Source: Candidatus Poribacteria bacterium
Lineage (GTDB): Bacteria > Poribacteria > WGA-4E > WGA-3G
Length of the DNA stretch: 64,000 nt
NCBI GenBank assembly: GCA_965261435.1
Contig: CBDHDL010000021.1
Location: 47,132-111,131, forward strand
Reading direction: 5' to 3'
Under the pieces are notes generated by a model that did no database searches, was not told the DNA's origin, and saw nothing but the letters and a program-made list of their open reading frames with translations. Position numbers and translations under genes: made by a program. This document shows positions 56,653 to 64,000 of this stretch, piece after piece (the first letter of the stretch is position 1; each line of letters starts with the position of its first letter).

Positions 56653-59600
56653 TTAGTTCAATTGAGTCTGTGGATATTCTTCAAGTGCAATAAGCTGCAA
56701 ACCACTGTTCTTTGTGCCGACATAGATTATGCCATTTGTCACAGCGATTGAAGTGGCGTCGTCTGGTATTTCTGGTGCTATCCGTTTCCATGTGGAGTCT
56801 GCCTTTGTCAATCGATAGACTCCACCCTGAGCATTTTTTGACGAACTCACAGCATACAAAATCTTACCATCCTTAGCAAACCGGTCAATCATGAGTTGTT
56901 GCCCGTTAGAATCGGTAACGATGTTCCATTTTGTGCTATCATTTGAGTATAAAGATTGCTTGTCAGTTGCCACGTAAACTGCTTTGTCAGTGATAAGTAT
57001 CTGCTTGAAAGAATCAACCACAATCGGTAGTACCATAGTCTTCCAAGTGCGTCCTCTATCATCAGAGTGAAGAAGAACACCGTCAGTCTTGCCGACGTAG
57101 ACAGTATCTCCAAAAACACCTAACTTGAAACCAATACTACCTTTAAGAGAAGTAAGGTTTGTGAGGTCACGAGTGTCTTCGATCTTGGTATCATACCAAG
57201 CCGTATCTTTGCCCCCTTGAGGTGATGGTGACCATACTAAGAGTTTTCGCTTGTACTCAACATAGAAGGAGTTTCCACTGACAGCAAACCCTCCATAGAT
57301 GTCTGCTCCTATGCTGAAGAAATTTTTTATAAAATTAGTCGCATTTTCCCCGGCATCCTCCTTTCCATTCTTCTCCGTAAATGTTTGTGTTGACTTCATA
57401 AGTTCTACGATATGATTCCTTTCACCAAAATTGGGCAGACCTTTGATAGGGAGAAGCATTCTGTTTTCTTCATCTAAATAGAAAAAGGAAAGTTGAAGCC
57501 CCGCAATACCCTTTGCATAAAGGATTCCATTTGCTTCTGTTATCTCTCGTATATTTGCCTTATTCAGTGGCACCTTTCTGTTCATAATAGTCATGTTCAT
57601 ACCACTTAGATCCACAGGAATTGCTTTCCATGATTGTCCATTGTCGGTTGACGTAATAAGTTGCTCATTTGCTACTGCATAGAGTTTATTCTTAAAAATA
57701 GTTAGATTTTCTATGTTGCCACCTAATCCAGCATTAAATCGTTTCCAGGAATTGCCGCCATCGGTTGAACGACGAATTCCGTTCTGATCTCCTACATAAA
57801 AATGATCTTGATTAGCGATGTCACTACTGTTTTTTACTTTTAAAGCAGTAATCACACCTTGAATTGTTAGTTTTCCTAAAGGTACAGTTATCCAAGTTTT
57901 TCCCTCATCCGTTGAGCGTAAAATCTTAGATCCTATTAATAACATGACCGTTTTTCCTTCAGCAACAATCCTAATCCTTCCCGCCGTTTTATTTTCTAAA
58001 ACTTCTGTCGGTGTTATATCGACCCAGGAATTACCTTGGTCTGTTGACCGAAAAACAGTCCATAAGGACTGTTTACTTAGGACAATCTTTGCTATAGACC
58101 CAATATCGAGAACATCCATATCTGCTGTAATCTTGAGATTGCCAGCTACAACATATATTCGGTTTTCTGAAACTGCGAATGCATGAATGGATTTCGATTC
58201 TGATACCGGCAATTGTTTCCACACACCTGATCTATCAAGATTATCTTCTGAACTCGGATCTAAGTTAAGACGGTAAAGACCTCTATTGGTACCGGCAAAT
58301 AGTGCGTTTGCGACAGAAGTAACCGCATAAATTTTTCTTTTTTCCAAACCTTTGTTTAGCAGTGTCCAAGAGACGCCCATATCTTCAGAACGGTACACCC
58401 CTTGTAGTAGGGCAAGGTATAGTTCAATAGAACCATTTGCATTATCTTTTACTATCAAACCAATAGCATGTCCTTTCGGACGGGTACCGAACGGTTTCCA
58501 CGTCTTACCGTTATCTTCTGATGCGATTAACACATTTTCAGCTACAATATAGAGAGTACCACCATGTTCAGTTATAGGTATTTGTCTTGTAGGATGTATA
58601 GTCGGCAGGCTATTGTTTAATAACTGCCACCTTTGGTTATCAGCAGTCATTCCATAAAGTCCTATTGGAGTCATTGCGTAAAGGTCGTTTGTTTTAGTGG
58701 CAAATAGTGTAGATACTTTTGCTGCGCCAGGACTATCAAGTTGAGTCCACCGGTCCGCTGAGAGTGGCTGTTCTGTTTCAATTGTTGGGATAATATTGGT
58801 AAAGTTCAGGTCTTGAGATGTATCCGCTTTTTTGCCAGCACCTTGACTTTTACTGGAAATATCAGTGGTTCCGAGTTGATTACGCGTATCAGGTTTTATT
58901 TTTCGGATAACACTCATAGGCGTATCAACGATTTCAACCGTTAACATTGAGTCGGCAGTGAGATCATACGGTTGGAAAGAAAGAGAGAGATGTTGTATCC
59001 CAATTCCTATTAGTAATAAGACTAAAACAGCAGATGCAGCAGAAACCACCCATGGTATAAAAGGTTTACTGGTAGAAGGTGCAATAGGATTGATTTGCGA
59101 AATTCCCTCCATAATGTTTCGGATCATTTGGGTTGGGAGTTGGAAACTACTTAGATTTTCGCTAATTATCGCTTCTTCTTTCTTTAAACGATTGCGTGCG
59201 CGATTAAGTCGGCTTTTGATCGTGTTTGGGGACACACCGAGCATCTTGCTAATCGTCTCGTAGGTCATTTCACCGAGGTAATGAAGCACCATAACAGTGC
59301 GTTCACTTTCAGGTAATTTTGAAAGTAGTCTTTTGACAATTTCACGACGCGCTTCATCCGTTTCACTGTCTCTTTCTTTCGCTATATATTGTGAATGTGA
59401 CACTTCATCAATCTCTGCTAAGTCAGTTGCTTCTAAAGATTGGATTGGATATTTCTTCTTCCGATGCCATTCAGTACATAAGTGAGACGCAATCACATAT
59501 ATCCATCCCGGGAAGCTATTGTGGTCTTTCAAGGTCCTGAGTCTTTCATAAGCTCTGAGAAAAACATCTTGTGTTATTTCTTGTGCGATGTGAAAATCAC

Positions 59601-59718
59601 CTATTTTGCGCCAGGTAAGGGCATGAATTCCCTTTTGATATTTCTCAACGAGGACAGTAAATGCTGTTTGATCACCATCCAATGTCCGTTGAATCAGTTC
59701 AGTATCGCTATTTTGCAT
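56653..59718 (-). CDS. ECF-type sigma-70 factor fused to a TM helix and a large BNR/Asp-box beta-propeller domain
   Basis: Region 2 (DVFLRAYERL, FPGWIYVIASHL), region 4 HTH (LHYLGEMTYETISKMLGVSPNTIKSRLNRARNRL), TM span FIPWVVSAASAVLVLLLIGIGI, then at least seven S.D.G.(T/S)W motifs. Confidence 0.85.
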   Translation of the reverse strand: MQNSDTELIQRTLDGDQTAFTVLVEKYQKGIHALTWRKIGDFHIAQEITQDVFLRAYERLRTLKDHNSFPGWIYVIASHLCTEWHRKKKYPIQSLEATDLAEIDEVSHSQYIAKERDSETDEARREIVKRLLSKLPESERTVMVLHYLGEMTYETISKMLGVSPNTIKSRLNRARNRLKKEEAIISENLSSFQLPTQMIRNIMEGISQINPIAPSTSKPFIPWVVSAASAVLVLLLIGIGIQHLSLSFQPYDLTADSMLTVEIVDTPMSVIRKIKPDTRNQLGTTDISSKSQGAGKKADTSQDLNFTNIIPTIETEQPLSADRWTQLDSPGAAKVSTLFATKTNDLYAMTPIGLYGMTADNQRWQLLNNSLPTIHPTRQIPITEHGGTLYIVAENVLIASEDNGKTWKPFGTRPKGHAIGLIVKDNANGSIELYLALLQGVYRSEDMGVSWTLLNKGLEKRKIYAVTSVANALFAGTNRGLYRLNLDPSSEDNLDRSGVWKQLPVSESKSIHAFAVSENRIYVVAGNLKITADMDVLDIGSIAKIVLSKQSLWTVFRSTDQGNSWVDITPTEVLENKTAGRIRIVAEGKTVMLLIGSKILRSTDEGKTWITVPLGKLTIQGVITALKVKNSSDIANQDHFYVGDQNGIRRSTDGGNSWKRFNAGLGGNIENLTIFKNKLYAVANEQLITSTDNGQSWKAIPVDLSGMNMTIMNRKVPLNKANIREITEANGILYAKGIAGLQLSFFYLDEENRMLLPIKGLPNFGERNHIVELMKSTQTFTEKNGKEDAGENATNFIKNFFSIGADIYGGFAVSGNSFYVEYKRKLLVWSPSPQGGKDTAWYDTKIEDTRDLTNLTSLKGSIGFKLGVFGDTVYVGKTDGVLLHSDDRGRTWKTMVLPIVVDSFKQILITDKAVYVATDKQSLYSNDSTKWNIVTDSNGQQLMIDRFAKDGKILYAVSSSKNAQGGVYRLTKADSTWKRIAPEIPDDATSIAVTNGIIYVGTKNSGLQLIALEEYPQTQLN

Positions 59719-59795
59719 AAAAAGTACTCCTGAGTGGTACTACTACTTAATTTAAGTGACGATTCTCAAGTTAGTAATTGTTGCATTTTTTTTTA

Positions 59796-59944
59796 TGGAT
59801 GGAAGATGGGAAGAATGGAAGATAGGAAGAATGGAAGATAGGAAGAATGGAAGATGGGAAGAATGGAAGATGGAAAGAATGGAAGAATGGAAGATAGGAA
59901 GAATGGAAGATAGGAAGAACGGAAGAATGGAAGAATGGAAGAAT
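59796..59944. repeat. purine-rich 8-bp-periodic tandem repeat (GGAAGAAT / GGAAGAT(A/G) units, about 18 copies)
   Basis: Continuous tract of GGAAGATGGGAAGAAT-type 16-mers, 78 to 226 bp upstream of the sigma-fusion start codon. Confidence 0.85.
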
Positions 59945-60212
59945 GCGGCATTTTAAAATTTGTCCAATCTGGATGGAGATTAAACAGAAAGATGGGTAAT
60001 GTCATTGATGGGATTAGAGAATTTGGTGGGATGAAACAATTTGATGAGTACTTGCAGAAACTAAAGTATTTGTTGACTGGACTACATAAGTTAAAGGTGA
60101 TTGCAGCTGAGTAAAATAAGAACGTTCAAGAAGTTTTAGGTGATGCCCTAAACACCTTCTTTGAGTAGAATGGCAAACCTCCTATAGCTTAAAAGAATAT
60201 CCATTGTGTTCT

Positions 60213-60647
60213 TTAGTCGTTCAAAATCCGCATGAACTCTTCTGGAGAAACAATCTGTATTTCACCATAGTTCCTTAAATCCAGCAAGTCTCGATCCCGG
60301 CTTATAATGTAATCAGCTGATGATGCGACTGCACAAGAGATTATAATGTCGTCTTTAGGATCGCGTTCTACCACACGAATATCTGGTAGTTGCCCAATGA
60401 TCGTGCTGATATTCCTCAGAAAGTCAATGAAAACTTCCACCTTTTCTGAGGAGTAGTTATAACGATTCCGTATATGGGGTTTTTCTAAAAGCACTCGGCG
60501 GGTTTCTTGTAGGATTTCTTCAGTCGTGTAAAGAGATGTATTTTCCCTACATTGAGACACCATTTCAGCTGCTAATCCTTTGGTAAGGAAAGCACTCACA
60601 GCAACGACGCTATCAAGGACAATACGCAGTTTTCTTTTGTTTGTCAT
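60213..60647 (-). CDS. PIN-domain toxin
   Basis: LRIVLDSVVAVSAF start, later DDIIISCAVASSADYIISRDRDLL block typical of PIN-family TA toxins. The start is set at MTNKRK. Confidence 0.75.
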   Translation of the reverse strand: MTNKRKLRIVLDSVVAVSAFLTKGLAAEMVSQCRENTSLYTTEEILQETRRVLLEKPHIRNRYNYSSEKVEVFIDFLRNISTIIGQLPDIRVVERDPKDDIIISCAVASSADYIISRDRDLLDLRNYGEIQIVSPEEFMRILND

Positions 60648-60915
60648 AGTCTTCCTGTCGAAGCTCAGAAACTGCGCGTTGGACATCTTGATAAACTTCT
60701 TCCTCGCTTATACCTTTGTTTTGCTCGTGGACGCTATTCATCACTTCCAAAAGTCCATTCCAATCTTCCGATGTTGCTAATCGCTTTGGAGTTATAACCA
60801 CGCTTCCATTTACAAGTTGGGTATCCACGACATCACCCTTCTTAAGTCCTAAACTATCTCGAATTTCTTTAGGTATGGTTATCTGCCCGTGTTCGAGAAT
60901 CTTAGCAGCTGCCAT
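60613..60915 (-). CDS. AbrB/MazE/SpoVT-family antitoxin
   Basis: GQITIPKEIRDSLGLKKGDVVD swapped-hairpin motif, located immediately upstream of the PIN gene. Confidence 0.75.
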   Translation of the reverse strand: MAAAKILEHGQITIPKEIRDSLGLKKGDVVDTQLVNGSVVITPKRLATSEDWNGLLEVMNSVHEQNKGISEEEVYQDVQRAVSELRQEDYDKQKKTAYCP

Positions 60916-60931
60916 TTATTTACTCCTTATA

Positions 60932-61069
60932 ATACCATTTCTATTAATTTGTCTCTCATAACCAGCTGTTTAGAAATGAAGCGGGGAACGGCACAATCTA
61001 ACAGAATGTGGCAGAATACGCGTTTGGTATTCTGCATTAAAAAGAGACATTATCAATTAGAAATGGTAT
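60932..61069. mobile_element. MITE-like element, family A, copy 3 (138 bp)
   Basis: Same termini (ATACCATTTCTATTAATTTGTCTC / GAGACATTATCAATTAGAAATGGTAT) and the GCAGAATAC hairpin module. It starts 17 bp upstream of the antitoxin start codon. Confidence 0.65.
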
Positions 61070-61284
61070 AACTAATTGTCTGTGTATCAATACCATCATA
61101 GAAAAACCACCGAGTGGGCGGACAATTCAATTTCACAGTCAAAGACAAACAATGTAGTCTACGTTACAGTGTTGGGGTACTATTTTATTTCTGGTATCTA
61201 ACATTAAAGTATACTTTATTTTGTGGGTAGTTTCAAGAAATTTCAGCAATATCCAAAAGTAGTCCGCTTTCGTACCAAAAACCT

Positions 61285-62916
61285 TCATCTCGGTTCAAGA
61301 ACAGTACAGGGAAGAAGCATCTCCTCAAAAGAGATACCACCGTGCTGGAAACTTCCTGCAAAAATATCACTGTAAACCCTAAACTGCTTATCATAAACGA
61401 AGTAGTAATCCTCTCTTGCAAGGATATAGTTGGTTTCCAAATCATTGTTAGGTAAACGGTATGCTTCTGGGTTATCAATTAGGAAACCTGCTTCTAACGG
61501 ACATGAGATGTCTCTGCCTTCTTTTGCACGAAGACCACTTGAAAGTTCATTAGGACTTGACACTTTAACTCCATTCTGACAAAGTACCGAACCGTGATCA
61601 GATGTGACAATTATAGTAAGACCTCGTTCAGCAGCAAATTTAAACATCTTATTAAGTCTGGAATTCTGGAACCAGGTTTCAACAACCCTTCTAAAAGCTT
61701 CCTCATTCGGAATGAGTTGCTGAAATAGCGATATCTCATTTCGTTGATGCGTTAACATGTCTATAAAGTCTACAACGACCGAAGTAAAACTAATCTGATT
61801 CGCATCTTTTAACCAGTCTAAGTATTGAATTTCTCCCTGTTCATCAAAAATTTTGAAGTAATGCGGGAGTGGTTTCAGGGTGATACCGTATCTATCAAGT
61901 TGTAACCGCAAGAGTTCCTTTTCATAACGGTTAACACTTGTCGATCCTTCTTCCGGTTCAGCGTATAGATGTGGATATCTCTCAGCGAGTTCCATTGGAA
62001 ACAGACCGCTAAAAATAGCATTCCGAGCAAACCGTGTTGTTGTCGGTAATATTGAGTAGTAATAATGTTTTGTTAGGTGAAAATCAGGATAGAGTAACGG
62101 TTCAATTTTGCACCAGTGATCTAACCGCATACCATCTATCACGACAAGCATTACCGACTTACCTATTTGTATTTCTGGGATAACGAACTTATGAAATACA
62201 TCCACAGATAAGGTTGGTGAGTCTTGGCTCTCAAACCAAGAGCTATAGTTTTTTTGAATATAGTCTGCAAATGCTGAGTTTGCTTCACGTTTTTCAGCAG
62301 CGTGAATAGTCTTCAGTTCATCAACGTTGGATAGAGAATCTAATCTTATATCCCACTCTACGTATTTCAGATATGTATCTATCCATGCTTCCCATTCATT
62401 CTGATCTGATACAGTTTCTGAATCTGATATACTATTGTCTTGGATTGCGTATTGTCTATTGAAATTCTTGACATAAGCTTGCGGGGAATATTTCTCACGC
62501 ATCAGTTCTTTGTCAAGTAATAATTCTATTGATGAAACCAACTGTCTGGGGTTCGTCGGCATTATCAGGACATCACCGACATTATAAAGACTCACTTCTT
62601 CTCTTACTTCATCCCCATAGGTCTTAGATAGTAGAATGATAGGGATGTGTGGGTCTTCTGTTCGGATCCAAGCAAAAATATTCTCTTTTTGGTTTGACAG
62701 TTTACAATTATTCACTATCACAGCATCAAAATTACTATTTTTGAGCAGAGAAATTCCCTCAACACCACTTTCACTTAATGAAACATCATAACCGTGGAAC
62801 TCTAATAATCGTACATAAGGTTTTATTTCAGTATTTGTAAGTGGTTCACTCAATCCGTTATTTATCCAAATTAGCCTCCTATTGGTATTTCGCATGTTAT
62901 CCCCCTTTTTTCTCAA
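61285..62916 (-). CDS. PorX-like protein: degenerate receiver domain fused to a PglZ/alkaline-phosphatase-superfamily domain
   Basis: Receiver-like N-terminus, VVIDGMRLDHW and IVTSDHGS PglZ motifs, 543 aa. Confidence 0.8.
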   Translation of the reverse strand: MRKKGDNMRNTNRRLIWINNGLSEPLTNTEIKPYVRLLEFHGYDVSLSESGVEGISLLKNSNFDAVIVNNCKLSNQKENIFAWIRTEDPHIPIILLSKTYGDEVREEVSLYNVGDVLIMPTNPRQLVSSIELLLDKELMREKYSPQAYVKNFNRQYAIQDNSISDSETVSDQNEWEAWIDTYLKYVEWDIRLDSLSNVDELKTIHAAEKREANSAFADYIQKNYSSWFESQDSPTLSVDVFHKFVIPEIQIGKSVMLVVIDGMRLDHWCKIEPLLYPDFHLTKHYYYSILPTTTRFARNAIFSGLFPMELAERYPHLYAEPEEGSTSVNRYEKELLRLQLDRYGITLKPLPHYFKIFDEQGEIQYLDWLKDANQISFTSVVVDFIDMLTHQRNEISLFQQLIPNEEAFRRVVETWFQNSRLNKMFKFAAERGLTIIVTSDHGSVLCQNGVKVSSPNELSSGLRAKEGRDISCPLEAGFLIDNPEAYRLPNNDLETNYILAREDYYFVYDKQFRVYSDIFAGSFQHGGISFEEMLLPCTVLEPR

Positions 62917-62980
62917 TGCCAGTTTGCATGATGTTCAGGAGTCAACTATTTTTTCAGAACATAATTCAATTCTCATTTTA

Positions 62981-64000
62981 CTATATACTTGAGACATAAC
63001 GTCCAGGATTTAATCTATTTTCACTATCAAATCTTGTCTTCAGTTTTTTCATAATGTTGAGTGTATGTCCAATTGGACCCCAAATGTCAATAAGTCGTTT
63101 AAGTTCAGGTGGTGCTGCTTCAATAAGTAAATTTCCTTTGAGGTCGATGGCTTTCTGACGAAGTTGTTGTAACGAATCTGCAAGTGATTCATAATCAGTT
63201 GATGTATCTACTGATATCTTCATATATAGTAGACCATTACCCAATAGAATCATCAAGTCTGATGTCATATTCTGGACAATTCTAACAAATTCAGCGAAGT
63301 CCGTTCGCTTTAACTGAACTTTGATGACAATAGTCTCATTATCCTTATCTACTGCTGAGTATTCCTGAATATCATGACTGATACTATCCAGAGAAGTATC
63401 CTCAATTATTTGCACACTTACAGCCCCATTTTGTTGCAATTCTGATTGTGTTGCATTGAGTTGCCAAGAAACGGTCTCCGCATCTCCTCCAAAACAGACT
63501 AACAGTGTTGGCGTAACTTCAGAAAGCTGATTGTGAATTGATTTTGTCAATAGAATTACATAGGATGGCAAAGTTTGAGAACGCACAACATTCATCCCAG
63601 CCTTTACGGCATCATCAATAGTGTCATATTGCGCTGTGAGCATACTTTCTTGGACAGGTAAGGGTGATAATTTCAATGACACCTCAGTAATAATTCCCAG
63701 TGTTCCATAGGAACCGATATAGAGTCTGTTTAAGTCGTAACCTGCAACATTCTTTACAACTTTACCACCACATTTAACAGTTTTTCCGTTTGCGAGTACT
63801 ACCTTCATCCCCAAAATCAGATTTCGGGAAGTACCGTACTGCAACCGAAGCGGACCACTGGAATTTGATGAAACAATTCCTCCTATAGTACATCTATCAG
63901 CATAAGATGGGTTCATAGGCAGAAACTGTCGGTTTACAGCTAAGTCCTTCTGAAGATCCATTAGACGCATGCCTGCTTCTACCGTTACCGTCAAGTCTGC
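62981..64000 (-). CDS. FAD-linked oxidase, GlcE-like (glycolate oxidase subunit family), 5' end outside the window
   Basis: KNVAGYDLNRLYIGSYGTLGIITEVSLKL motif. The frame stays open to the window edge. Confidence 0.75.
   Translation of the reverse strand, partial: ADLTVTVEAGMRLMDLQKDLAVNRQFLPMNPSYADRCTIGGIVSSNSSGPLRLQYGTSRNLILGMKVVLANGKTVKCGGKVVKNVAGYDLNRLYIGSYGTLGIITEVSLKLSPLPVQESMLTAQYDTIDDAVKAGMNVVRSQTLPSYVILLTKSIHNQLSEVTPTLLVCFGGDAETVSWQLNATQSELQQNGAVSVQIIEDTSLDSISHDIQEYSAVDKDNETIVIKVQLKRTDFAEFVRIVQNMTSDLMILLGNGLLYMKISVDTSTDYESLADSLQQLRQKAIDLKGNLLIEAAPPELKRLIDIWGPIGHTLNIMKKLKTRFDSENRLNPGRYVSSI

Noticed and set aside
61285-62916. PglZ gene as part of a BREX or other phage-defence system
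   Set aside because: No pglX methyltransferase, brxC ATPase, brxL or related genes are adjacent. The receiver-PglZ layout matches PorX-type regulators instead.

Overview
This is a low-GC (about 40% by eye), densely coded bacterial chromosomal window, mostly minus-strand in the first 33 kb. Housekeeping content: an ftsH-folP-acpS operon, nusB, selA, archease, a DsbD-type thiol:disulfide transporter, and tRNA-Phe(GAA) plus tRNA-Thr(CGT) behind a near-consensus promoter. The rest is dominated by repeat and beta-propeller proteins: two WD40 paralogs, LVIVD, FG-GAP/ASPIC, NHL, PQQ-like and BNR. It also holds a Cys-type sulfatase, a separate formylglycine-generating enzyme, a protein with a secretion-type C-terminal sorting domain, and a PorX-like PglZ protein. 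This looks like an uncultivated, host- or particle-associated lineage. Poribacteria-like is only a guess that I cannot test here. Items most worth follow-up: (1) a 1021-aa ECF sigma factor fused through one TM helix to a BNR/Asp-box propeller. (2) A higher-GC islet encoding an HAO-family octaheme cytochrome c, split by a 1-nt frameshift, with two tiny TM/coiled-coil proteins and a polytopic membrane protein. (3) A decaying tandem duplication (WD40 gene plus Met/His-rich outer-membrane gene) that also holds two odd Cys-rich small genes, one interrupted by in-frame stops next to homopolymers and one continuing in frame past a TAA. (4) A probable flavin-dependent halogenase (GxGxxG plus WxWxIP) near a PaaK-like adenylating enzyme and a HemN-like radical SAM enzyme, interrupted by a triplicated small-protein cassette. 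(5) A nested ISKra4-like IS with a clean 8-bp target duplication, two MITE-like families, a 394-bp nested palindromic element and two 8-bp-periodic purine-rich repeat tracts upstream of operons. At least four otherwise conserved genes carry single-nucleotide frameshifts, so either real gene decay or indel errors in the assembly must be considered. No CRISPR array, rRNA or prophage was recognised.
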